A stretch of DNA of 64,000 nt from Desulfobacterales bacterium (GTDB lineage: Bacteria; Desulfobacterota; Desulfobacteria; Desulfobacterales; 4572-123): NCBI GenBank assembly GCA_029939715.1, contig JAOZSJ010000003.1:1880-65879 (forward strand). Direction: 5' to 3'. The notes under the pieces were generated by a model that saw only the letters and a program-made list of their open reading frames with translations, did not search any database and was not told the origin of the DNA. Numbering within the stretch: position 1 is the stretch's first letter; the number at the start of each line of letters is the position of its first letter. This document shows, piece after piece, positions 1 to 13,000 of the stretch. A program made the translations under genes and the position numbers.

Positions 1-1080
1 AATATCATCAGCCCCGCTGCCGCCAAGGATAATGTCATCACCGGCATTGCCGTATATCACATCATCTCCGGTCGCAATTGCAAAAGCTCTGATAATGTCA
101 ACAGCACCGCTGCCGTCTATCGCAACCTGGCCGTTATCACCCACCAGGATGTCATTGCCGGAATCTCCGGTTATTTCATCACCTCCGGCCCCGCCGAAGA
201 TAATGTCATCATCCTCGTTACCGGCCAGGGTATCATTGCCGCCGGCCGGTGAATCAATATTCAGAGTCCTTACTGTCCGGTCGCCCCATTTATCGATAAC
301 GGCGATCCCAACGTCGCCGATTATCGTATCTTTGCCGCTGTTACCGGTTATGCAGTCATCCCCGCTGCCGCCGAAAATAATATCGTTGCCGGCATCTCCG
401 GTTATGCTATCGTTGCCGTCGTCAAGCCGGCCAAGGGCTTTAGCAACAAAGCCGTCATCCTCGCTGAAAAGAACAGTTCCGTCATCTCCAAAAAGGAGAT
501 CCATACCATCACCGCCCCGGATCAAATCGTCTCCGGCCTGCCCGTAAACTATGTCATCCCCGCTCCCGGCCCGGATCACATCATAAGTTCCGATTGCATC
601 GTCGGTGACGGAGACTTGAGTTGCATATCCACCTTCCAGGCGATCGGCATCCGGTTCAATGATTCCACCATCTCCCAAAATCACATCATCTCCCTCACCA
701 CCTGTCAGGGTATCGGCTCCGGTGTCGCCGATAATGACGTCATCCCCTTCATGTCCTGCGATCTCGTCCTCATCATCGCCGCCAAAAAGAAAATCGTTGC
801 CCATGCCGCCGGAAATAAAATCCCCTCTGCCGTTTTCAGAACCGGCGGATGCAGCGCTGACAAGGTTTTCAACAGATTTTTCAACAATCCTGTCACCGTC
901 AAAGATGGTTATGAAATCATCTCCGAATACAACCTCCCCGGCATCACCGAAAAGCATCATGTTCTCTGTCCAGTTTTCACTTTCAACGGTGCCGATCAGG
1001 TCATTCCCGTCTCCGCCGAAGACAACGGCAAGCCCGTTTTCATTTTCGCCGTCATCTTCAAGAATACAGGTGTCATCCCC
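1..1080 (-). repeat. RTX-type Ca-binding nonapeptide repeats running off the window edge
   Basis: Hand translation of 1-69 gives GDDVIYGNAGDDIILGGSGADDI. Hand translation of 661-831 gives GRGDFISGGMGNDFLFGGDDEDEIAGHEGDDVIIGDTGADTLTGGEGDDVILGDGGI. Confidence 0.85.
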
Positions 1081-4000
1081 CTGATTCAGCCACACAAAGG
1101 TTATATCCTCTGCCTGAAGGCCGTATATGTACACGATATCGTCGGCCTTGCCGGCAAGGATATGAATGCCGCCGTCAAAATTGCCGTCGGCATCCCAGGT
1201 AATCACCGCCGGCGCCAGGCCGGTAATACTGCCGTGTTCTATTTCAGCCAAGGTGTCTGCATCGTCATCACCGGCATCACTGATATTCAGCATATGCCGT
1301 CCCTCTCCGGCATGGATAGTCAAATCCCCGGTAATCAGATCAAGGCTGCCGTTTTCAAGACGGGTATCAGAGGAGATATTGAAGATCTCGTTTCCGTCGT
1401 TGCCGCTGATGGTTGTAACGGCAGTCGTTCCTGTTACATTAAAAATGTCATTTCCCGAACCCAGTTCAATATCCAGGGTCTCGATGCCGTAATATACAAT
1501 GCCGTGGGCCATGGCCGTGATCTTGACCGTTCCGATCATGTCCGCGGAAGTATCGATGAAATCGATAGATAGATCTTTACAGCTCCCCATGAATGTAATC
1601 CGGTATACAGGCCCAAGAGAGGTAATCACGATATTTTTTGTGTGGGGCAGATCATCATGCGCATTATTGGGATTCAAGATGGGATCAAGGGCCGCAAGAA
1701 TATCTTCTGCTCCCGCATCAACGGAAATTTTCTCCGTCCACAAATCCATTGTTCCGTCATTGACAACTCCCCGGACATGCAGTCTGTAGGTACCCCGGGC
1801 CGCTTCAACCGAAAGGATCTGGGCCGTACTCAGATAAGGCCGGTTCGTTCCGTCGTGAAGCGTGCCGGTTTTTACAATAACCGAAGCATTCAAAGCGGGT
1901 ACCAGAGCTGTCGTATGGATATCCTCGGCCCATTTGATCTGAGCAAAATCATTGCCTGCCAGTTCACCGCCGAAGAGAATCGTAAAATTTGTATAAACAT
2001 CGGTTTCCAGATTAACCTGAATACTGTCGGAACCGTACAGCGCCCTGAGTTGAAATGCGATCTCATCTGCCGTCATGCCGTAATCCAGCAGCAGGGTTGC
2101 AAATCCGTAATATCGCGTGATCCTGTCGGTATCCGAAAGGCCCGATTCCCTGCCGCAGCCTTCAGCCGACAGGAGATAACTGCCCGAGGCCGCCTGGACA
2201 TACACCGTCTGAACCTCGGCCACGGACGGCATATCCAGCCCCGTCAACGTGGTCTGCGTCAGTGTGCCGATATCATCGGTTGTGTCATTGCCGTCATCGA
2301 CAAACAGTTCATCTTCACCTTCGCCCCCGGCAATTGTAAGCAGTGCCGCGATACGGTCCACGTATTGATCCTGGCTGCCCACATTGATCGTATCACTGCC
2401 AATGCCTGTATCAACGAGGGTATAACCGGAAACCGATTGAATATAAAGGGTATCGTCTCCATCGGCGCCAAAGACAGTGGTCAGGCCCTCATGGGTGGAT
2501 TCAATGGTCAGATTATCACTGCCGGAGCCCAGTTCAAGGTTCATCTCCTCCATATTGGCATAACGGATTCCGCCGGGAACCGGCCTGTCTCCGATCATGG
2601 TATCAGGCCCCATGCCGAAACCGTAAAGGCTGCTTTCGGTCAGGGTGCCTTCATCATTGGCCGGGCTGTTTCCGTTGTAGATGTTCAACGTATCCACCTG
2701 GTCTGCTTCATCCACCCTTACATTGGGATTTACCGGAGTATAAAAATAGGTATTACTACAGGCCACATAGCCGGTATCGATCCTCAGGACGGCGGAAAAG
2801 CCATCTCCGTTTACATTGGTGATTACGATATTGCTGCTGTTCTGTCCGGATTCGGCCGTATATCCATTGGCGTAATCCAGCTTGCCCGCCAGCCTGGAGG
2901 CCATTGACTCAAGGTCATCATCTGTTTTAACCGTACAGCCGTACTCTTCACCGTCGAGCACCATTGTCCATATCTCGCCCCTTATGACATTACCGCTCAG
3001 ACTGAAAGAGAGCTGTTCATCATTGCCGTCTTCATCCGTACTTGAATCCAGTTCTGTTTCGCTGACAGGCTCCAGCGTTATCGAAAAATCATTTCCGTCT
3101 GTATTCCTGATAGCAATTTCGCTGTCGCGGGCATCCGCTGCAAAACCGTCAATATCGCTTAACTGATCTGCCAGGGCCAAAGCCACGGTTTCAAGGGTCT
3201 CGGTGATGCCGCCTGCCGTGTAAAATGCGGCCGGTCCGGTTTCATCATTTATAAATATCCGCCAGGTCTCACCTGCGGCAGCATCACCGGTGAGCGTCAC
3301 CGTTCTGGCTACAAACAGATCGTTTACATCGATATCAATACCGGCCGCTGTAAAGGCATCTTCCCAGGATGTAGTAAATATTACGGTATCACCGATCACC
3401 GAGGCCGCCTGCATGACAATCCCCCGGGCCGGGCCGGCTGTGAGGACAAATTCATAGGGATTGTCGTTCATGCGGGGATCAAAGCCATCCATGCGGCCCT
3501 GCTCCGGATCGATGTACCAGGCGCTGGTATCGGTCAATGTCGCCTGCTCCTCACCATCGGCATTAACAATGGTCCCGGCGGTCAGGATATAACCGTCAGG
3601 CACATACCAGTTGGTTTCTCCGGGCAGGGTGAAGGGATCATTTAAAAACTTTTCCTCGCTGACCTGTATGCCGCCGTCGATGGCAAGGGGCCCCCGGATG
3701 CTGTTGATCCGTTCATTCATTGCAGGGAAAACCCGGGCATCACTTCCATCTACAACGTCGTCATCAATTCCCGAAACAAGGATCGTCTGGGGAAGATTCC
3801 AGTTTTGTGTGGTAAACACTACCTGGGGGATGACGGTCAAAAAGCCCGTACCTGCTGAATCAACCCGGGCATGAACTGTAAACAGCACCGGTTCGTCAAG
3901 CTGGTAGGTACTGACGGTCAGTGTATCGGCAGCCGTATCAGGTGTTGCCGAGTACCGGTTCAGGGCACCGGCCAGGCCGATGGCCACATCTTCTATGGTA

Positions 4001-7000
4001 TCATTTTCCTTTACCGTATAATTATAAGAGACGCTGTCTAATATAATGATCCAGGTATCCCCCGCTTTAACAGGGCCGTTCAGGTCAATGGTTTGAGCAT
4101 CGGCATCAAAACTGCTGAAGGAGCCTGCCGGTACGATATTGTAAGACAGGTTCATGTCAATACCCGACAGACTGGTGAGCACAACTGTGCGATCCTGTGA
4201 ACCGGCGGTCAGATCATTTCCGGACACCGCGTTTATAAGGGCGGCGAAACTGCCTGCAACGCTTTGTGCAGTGTCGTCTGTATCAATGACATACAGATAC
4301 TCGATGCCGTCTATCGTCACTGTCCATTGTTCACCGGCAACCACATCCGCCAGCAGTTCCACTGAGACCGAAGCCACTGCGGAAGCATCGACCTCACCCG
4401 ATCCCGTGGGGGTAACTGCACATGCCAGGGAGAACACCTCTCCTGCTTCACTGGTTACGGTGATGGTGTCGGCATCTGTATCATAAACCGCTGTAAAGCC
4501 TTCGACTGCATCCAGAAGAGATGCCAGCCGATCCCCTGCGGTATCCAGTTCCAGCGAATCTCCATTTGCCCCGCCCACATAAACATATTCATTTCCGTCC
4601 AGGGTCAGAGTCCATGTTTCATCCGCGCGTACCGGGCCGCTTAGAAAAATTTCCTTGATCCATTTTGTATCGGTGCCGAGGACTTCTCCGCTGCCTGCGG
4701 AAGATACCGTGCAGTACATGTCGAAATAATTTCCATTGAAGCTGGAAATTGTAATGATGCGCCCCTCGTATCCTGCAATAAAGCCATCCTCGGCATCCAT
4801 CAGGCCTGCCAGAATTGCCGCGATCTCCTCAAGTGTCTCGCCGGCGGTTACCGTGTGGCTGTAATCTTTACCGTCCAATGTTGCTGTCCAGTTTTCACCG
4901 GCAAACACCGGACCTGTCAGGTCAAGAGTCCGGGTCATCACTGCAAGGCGATTTACGACCACGGCATCTTCAAGGTCCGAAACAATCATGCATTGAATGT
5001 CGGCAGAGCTCAATCCATCTATATAAAAAGTAATTTCAGAACCATCTGAGCTTGCGACGCCATCGGGCTGCCGTGTTATAATTTCCGCCAGGCGTGTAAT
5101 GACGGCATCGATATCATCACCTGCCTGCACTTCATAGGCATAGGCAACCTGGTCCAGCATAATCGTCCAGATATCTCCGGGAATAACGGGCCCGTCAAAT
5201 TCGATCTTTGCCTGCGGAGTTGCCACATCCACCTGGACAGCTTCATTTTCACCGAAATTTGCATCCGGATCAAAGGCCAGGTCGGAGTTATAGGTCCGGG
5301 TCACCCGGGGAACAACATCTACGGCCACATCGCTTTCAGGCTGGAGCGTCAATACTATGTCATAGCTGTCCGTGACCGGGTTATAACCGGGGAATTCATC
5401 TTCCATCAGATAGGTTATGATAAAACGGCTCTCATCGGCTGAAAGAGTCTCCCATTGCCCGGTGCCCGGATCAACGGTATATTTCCTGGTAAGTGGGTCA
5501 TAGCCCATAATTATTGCAGTATTGCCGGTCCCGGGGCCTTCAACCACCGTAATCTGTTTGCCGATGAGTTCTACTGCCTTGGGATTTGTGGCATGCCGCT
5601 GCAGAGAGAGATTCAGTTGATATGAAAGCCCTTGGGCCACACCCTGTTCATAATCCGCATAGGGGATTGAAGGCAACGGCCCGGGTTCCATATAATGCAC
5701 CTGACTTCCGAGGCGGATGATGTAAAAACCGGCCCGGTCAAGATCAAACTCCAAAAATGGATCGTTGATGGAAAGGCTGCCTGCGTCAGGTACTGAAGGA
5801 TATACACCATTGAGAGGCTCCACCGGTGAAAGCACACCGCTTGAACCCATCAGATCATCAAAGGTTCGGCCCTCAATATCTGTTCCAGCGTCTACTCTGA
5901 ACAGATCAACACAGGGCCTTACGGTATAGACAACAGGAACCGGGATCATGCCTATCCCCGTATTATAATCATATATGGAGTAGCCCGTGAGATAGTTGCC
6001 CCTGTCAATATCTATAACGCCATGGACGGTTCCGCCGCCCCTTGTCACTTCGATTGTAAACGGTTCTTTTACGCCTTCTTTATCTTCAATAATAATTTTT
6101 TTATTGGAAAGCCGGCCGCCTGTGTTCAATCGGGCACTGTAAGTTGCCGCCGTATCTGCGTTGACAGCATCAACCAGGGCCAGTTTTACACCATACAGAT
6201 TCTTTAAAGGATCGGCCAGATCGGAAGTATTGCAGCTGTATGCCCTGCCGTTTACATAAATGGTCCAGAGCTCATTGGACTGGTAATCACCAAGCAATTT
6301 AATCGCTGCGCTGAAATAGTGCTTCCTGGCGTCAATCACCGATTGATCAGAGTCTATATCAAGGGCATCATGCAGACTGTGGTTGACTGAACTGATAAAA
6401 ACAGGTTCACCGTCGTCGGTATTGACGGTGATGGTACTGCCACCGTCCACATTTGGATTAAAACCGGAAAGGATTTCATCCGCCAGCCCCAGGGCCACGT
6501 CATTCATCGAGGTGTCTCCGGCAGCTACCTCATAGGCATCAGGATCGGCATTTTCGATGGTGACGCTCCAGAGATCGTGCGCTTCAACGGCAGCCCCGTT
6601 GTCCAGAACGATATCGCTGTACCAGAACAATAGCGGTGTACCGGACATTTCACTGCCACCTTCAATATCGGCTGCTGAGATATCACCGCTCAGGTCAATG
6701 CCCGCCGTATCATGATAGATCACCATGAACACTTCATTGCCGGCATTGCTGAAAATATGTGTGTCATAACCGGTGATACTGCCGTCAAGACCGTCCGCAG
6801 CATCGGATATATCCGCATCTGACGCGGATACGGTGTAATCATAGGTATTGACGTCCACGGTAACGATCCAGTCCTGTCCCTCATAAACTTCGTCCGTGTC
6901 CGTGTCGCCCAGCCGCAATGTTCCGGCATAACCGGTTTCACTGACAGCTCCCGAAGAAGATGCGGCGGTAATGTTCGCTGCCGTCAGCACGAGTGGCCCG

Positions 7001-10000
7001 CTGCAGGTAATACCGATGGTGCCGCCGGCAGTATCGGCAACAGGCGAGTATCCGCCGTCGATATCCCCGGCAAGGCCGGTGACTGCACTTGCAAGGGTGG
7101 AGCCATCGGTTTCATTGGCGGTATAATCAAACGACGAACCATCCATGTTTACAGCAAAAGTTTCACCCTCGGTAACATCGCCCCCAAGCAAAATGCTAAA
7201 GGTACTGGCAATCCGGATCTCATCGGTTCCAGCCGGGCTTGCATCTTCAGTTCGACTGTCCGCACTTAAGGCACCAAACGTTCCGGATCGTGAAATCGTT
7301 ATCTGACTGCCGGAAACTGATGTTGCGTACTGTGAAGGCAGGCCGGTTGAAGCGGCTGCCAGTCTGGCCTCAAAACTTGCCGCCACATCCGCCAGACTTG
7401 CATCAGCGGCAAGTGGCGTATGGGAATACTCGATGCCGTCAAGTGTAATGGCCCAGAGGTCATCGTCATCAAAATCTCCGGTCAGGGTAAAGGTTCCGGT
7501 CCAGTCCGTATAATCGATCGTGCTTTCGATATCCGCCTGTTCCACCTCCAGGGCCACTGTGAAGGTATCTTCGGAGCTGTTTTCAATCCTGATCACCCCG
7601 GGCTCATCCACGGTTCCGGGACCCTCCGCCGTGTAGGCGGTATACCGGATCGTGCCGTCGTTTATTTCCTGTGCAATGCCTGCTGCGACATCGTCTGCAG
7701 TGGTATCTTCCGCCGGTACCAGCCAGGAAAATTCATCCGTGCCGCCCAGGGTCAGTTTCCATGTCTGACCTTCATACACATCACCTTCAAACTCCACCAG
7801 GACAGATCGACGGTCCAGGCTTATGGTATCGGCCACCGGCGCGGCTATGATTTCAAAATCAATTGTAAAATCATTCCCGCGACTGTTTGCAATACTGAGT
7901 GCATGATTCGAGCCGGCCGCCACTTGTGCAGAATAGGGCCAATGGATCTCGGCGGCCAGGCCCGTGGCCACATCAGCCAGGGTTGTATTACCGCCCGGCA
8001 CAATATACTCGAAGGTATGCGGAGCTCCGGCTGAAGTATCATCCAGGGTCACCTGCCATGTTTCACCCTTTTTGACATCACCGCTTAATTCCAGCTGCAT
8101 TTCCACCCATTGAATACTCTCTATCACGGCTTCCGTCTGAACCGGTGTACCGCTGATATCCGCCCTGCCCGCGGGAGATGGGCCCTGCAGGGAAAAACTG
8201 ATGGTAAATCCGGCTGTATCAGATAGTGTCAGGGTGTCGTCTCCGGACCGAAGCGGTAAATAGTCATGATATGGATGATAATTTTCAATTTCATTGATAA
8301 GACCGTCTACAATGCCTTCAGGTGTCGGCGAATAACCGTTTTCTCCGGCGGTAACCGCATAGGGCGTATCGTTCAGTGTCAGGGTCCAGATCTCACCCTG
8401 GATCACCGGCCCTGAAATCTTAATCCGCGATTCGGTGAATTGAATCAGCGGCGTTCCGGTACCTGCAGGTGTTGTTACATCCGTTCTTCTGACCACAACT
8501 CCGGCATCCTGCCCCAGGTGGCTTACCCTGTCCACCCGGACACCGTTTTCATTGACGATAATTAAACTTCCGCCATCTGAAAAAACCTGAACCGGTTCAT
8601 CGGCAGCCGGGTTGTCATCATACTGTGCTGTCAGTACCGATGCCAGGCCGCCGGCCACATCGGCCGGCACTAAGTCGGTTTCCTGCACCTGGTAAGAGTA
8701 ATCCACGGCATTGAGCCGTATAGTCCAGACATCTCCGCCGGAAATCGTATCACTGTCATCAAGCAGATTCACCCTTACCCGGGTGTAATAGGTCTCATCG
8801 TCCGTGATTGTCCCGTTGCTTAAAATATCAGCCGCCTCCGGGACAAGCATCTCCTGTGTTACTTCAAACAGATAATAATCCCATGTGCCGTCTCCATAGC
8901 CCTGGATCTTGGTATAAGGCGTGTCGGAATTGATGGAATCGCCGTTACCGATCCGGGTGTCATAAAAAGTATACCAGTAGTAGGTATCCTCTATATCCTG
9001 AATATTCGCATAGCCCTCATTTTCGGAAACCGGATCAGGAGCAAACAAGAATGCATCCACATCGTGGTTTTCCATGGACACCTGCAGTTCATAGTCGGTG
9101 CCGGAGGGCAGGCCAAACCCAAGCCAGTTGTCTATTTCAAGATAATAATCACCCGCCTCGTAAAATGTGTATTCCATGTAATCATCAAGCCAGGTCGTGC
9201 TGCCTTCTCCACCCGTTGACGGGTTGGACCAGCCCTGCCCCTGTTTGACCAGGCGTGGTGTCCGGCTCCCGTCTTCATTGTCGATCATTTCATACAGTTT
9301 GAAACGGCTTGCCCATAAAATAGAATCGGTGTACTCAAACCCGTGATCCATATCAAAAACAGCATCAATGCCGGGAGAACCGCTGTCCAGGGCATCCCGG
9401 ATCATTCGCTCTGTTATGGAAAAGGCGTAGAAGGCGGACTCATCGTTTCCCTCGCCCTTGATGGTCAGGTGCGGAATGGCCGTGGACATATTGATTTCAT
9501 TATCAAAATTCATACCCCACATGCCCATGTCAATATTCTGGGCCGTATAGGCAGAGGTGTTGTATCGGGTGCCGTATATGACGGAAGTGCCGAAATCCGC
9601 CTCAAACACAGTGTCGGAATCCACAGACCGCACCTGTCCTGTTCCAAGTACCACCAGGCTGGTGGGCTCGGCTACAGTGGTCGTTCCCCCGGGCTCGGTT
9701 ACAAGGACACCGCCCGTGGCATCATCGGCAATCATGACATCCACGAACGACAGATGGAGGGTCTGGTTATTTACACCGGCCGTATAGGAATACTCTGTGC
9801 CGTTCAGTTTTACCGCCCAGATATTCCCGATATTTACAGGACCCTGAAGCTGGATTGTAATCCGGGTGAAATGGTTCGAAGGTTCCGGGTCTGTCAGGAT
9901 AACGGCATAATCCTGCGGGGCCGCGGTGATGGTAAAGCTGCTTCCATCAGCGCGGCTGAGAATGATTGTATCTGGATGGGTTGAATCAACATATGCGACA

Positions 10001-13000
10001 TAGTTTGAATCTCTGTTAATTTTTTCGGCCAGACCCCCGGCAATATCTTCAAGGGTATCTATACCTGTCACAACATACTCAAAAACATCGGTTGAATCGA
10101 TTGTAATAGACCAGGCATCGCCGGCCAGAACCGGACCATCGAGTTCAACAGATGCGATAAAGGCGGTATCAAAATCGGTCAGGACCGCACCCTGCAGCCT
10201 TGACTCGTCAAATGTAAACGTCGGGCCCCGTATGGTTATCGATGTGTTAGGATCGGAACTGCTGATGTCGGCTGTAAAATTTTCATACACGTTGCCCTGG
10301 ATCTTTTCAGACAGGCCATGGGCCGCATCTGCCGGCCCCAGGTTGAAATATGCTGCATACTCAGCTTCGCTTATATCGTGCGTAATCCGTGAGTAGTGTA
10401 TTCCCTCCACCTCATATCCGGCAGCATCGGGGGCAGCCTTCACATAGATATCCCGGGGGGTGTTCCAGTCTGCCTGGTTGAATTCCAGGCTCAAGATATC
10501 GGAAAAACCGGTGGATGCGGATGTTGACACCTGGGACTGGCTGTCGGTTTCAACAGTAATTTCAACACTGTCTGCTACAGCCCGGGTCAGTACGACCCTG
10601 TACCTGTCACTGCCCGTATAAAGGCCGGTATCGGCAAACTGATCATCTTCGCCAATCACCGTACCGGTTGTATGCTGGATCACCAGGACATCCGCGGTAT
10701 CATTGTCTATTACCTGAGCCGTCACGCCTATAACCGCCAGGCCGTCATATTCGCCGCCGTCATCCGGAATTGCCCCCTGAATAACCGTATGCTGGATATT
10801 ATAGTACCGCCGGCCTTCGGCAATCAGGTCTTCGGGAGCCGACACGGTCACGGTCTGGGGAATAAACCAGTTGGTCCGGTCAAACAGAAATGTGATACCG
10901 TCGCTGCTGCCGTTGAGTGCTATACCGGCACTGCCCGCCTTTTCCTCGGACTCGGTGGGCCTTGCGGGCGTTGCCGTAACGCGTACGCTCTCTACTGGTG
11001 ACCGGGTCAGAACGATCTGGTACCGGGATTGAACAAGAGTTGCAAATCCGGCGGAAGTATCCTCAAAAACCCGAATCGGACCCTCAACCATATCAACGAT
11101 GATACCTGCCTCGTCATTATCCACTACATTGGCGGAAACATCAGGGATGAACAGACCGTCAAAAATGGGATCATCGCTGAAGATGGTATGATCGATCAAC
11201 CCGCTGTGTCCTTCAAGGTCATTGCTCACAACGGTGATTGGATCGCCGTCGGTTCCTCCTGCAATATTAAAGGTGTCGCTGCCAAGTCCGCCTACAAGCT
11301 GGGTCTCCACATGCTCACTGGTGCCGGCCACATAGAACCGGTCGTTACCTTCCAGGGCATCCACCACGACCTTTTCAATGCCGTTATAGGTAACAAACAG
11401 GCCGCATCCCCAGACACCTTGATCCGTCACAACAATATCATCTCCAAACTCGGTGCCCACGATTGTCAGCGTATCATACCCGTCGCCGCCGGCGACCCGC
11501 ACCGGCGCGTTAACAACATAGGAGATAAAATCCGCGCCCTGCCCCCCGTTGATATTCGTATACGGGGCTTTGGGATCATTGGGGTCGACCTTTACAAAAG
11601 CCCTTACCCTGAAGGTATCGTCATCTTCCTCTCCGTAGAGGTACAACTCAGCCTTGTTGGCATATACTGTAAAACCGTCGTTTCCGATTCCGCCGTATAA
11701 GATTGTCGGAAAACTGATACCGTTGCTGAGATAGCCACGGGTGGTATGGGTGGTTTCAAACCAGTCATCTTCGGTGAGCCCGGCAGATCCATCCCGCGGA
11801 GACTTGAAGACCTGGCCTATCTGAAAGATATCGTCCCCGGCATCACCGTAAATAATGGTGGCGGAACTGTTGTCATCCAGGACAAAGGTATCATCTCCAT
11901 CCCGGCCGAAAATTCTCAGGCTGCCGTTTATGTCCCCGTTATAATTGACCCTCTCAATGGATCCGTTTTCAACTGGATTGCGAAATTCATCAAGTTCGAT
12001 GCAGGCAACCATATTCGGACGCATGAGAAAATAATCAGCCCTGTTCGTGCCGAAAATATCCAGCAGGTCGACATTCAGGTCATTTTCAGGAGTCTGGTCA
12101 TATACATCGATCAATGCCGACCCCTCGCCGGCCAGGCCTACCTGGTAATAATCACCGCCCGCCTGACCATGAAGGGTCAACGTGCCGCCGATACCGTTTT
12201 CATAGGTCTGATTCCCGGAAATATTATAGTTGGCCCGCAGGATGTCATTGTTATCGCCGGCAAAAATTTCGGTGGCCCCTGCAATACTGCTTATGTTGAT
12301 CGTGTCATCACCGCTCCCGGTATGCAGGGTTGTGGACCAGGCATGGGTGCTTTCGACAAAAAGGTTGTCCTCACAGGAGCCGAGCCATACTTCCAGATCT
12401 TCGGCTCCAAAGTAGAAAACCGCCCCTTCCATGCCAAAACCCGTAAAGGATGTTTCCGTCAGAACTCCTGTCTGGCCCGCGGAATCATCAGCTCCGGAAT
12501 TATCAATCCGGATATCATCCGCTCCCGTGCCGGTATTGACGGAAAGCGTGTAGCGGATATCCGCCAGTGTGTTTCCAAAAGGAAGCCCCGGTGACACGTC
12601 AACTTCATTTCCGATAAGAACTGAGTCGTCTCCTGTATTTGTGTTGACGGAACTATCTGTATTCTCCGCGATACTGAGTATATTAAAGGTATCACTGCCG
12701 GTTCCAAGGGCAATGTTCAGATCCTCAAGATTCCGATATCCGATTCCCGATGCCATATCAAGACCGGCAAGGAAACTGCTGCTCAACGTTCCGGTATTAT
12801 CGTTTGTATCCCCTGAATCATCGATATCCACCCGGTCGGTACCCGATCCGCCGTCAATATCAAGCAGGGCGTCTATACCGTCCACCCAGGGGTACCGGTT
12901 CTCATTTTCGTCCACCAGGATGTCAGTCACATCCGTCGTATCATCACCACCGCCGGTATTAACGGCAGTGAATCCTGAAATCGTCCTCACGTAAACAGCG

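Larger units (their letters stand above)
2930..10200 (-). repeat. Array of about 18 copies of a ~90-110-aa module centred on an invariant Trp: G(E/D).W.(V/L/I)T(L/I)(D/N)G..Y.(Y/H).V...(D/T)....(V/I)A.GLA..(I/L)
   Basis: The Trp motif lies at about 2960, 3262, 4052, 4325, 4612, 4885, 5168, 6265, 6570, 6868, 7160 (Phe instead of Trp), 7455, 7760, 8055, 8388, 8722, 9818 and 10112. Hand translations give VVAGEQWTVTIDGIEYLYVIDTDDTAQS (4261-4380), AAAGETWRIFINDE (3241-3300) and SGGDVWTIRLNAVD (8701-8760). Confidence 0.75.
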
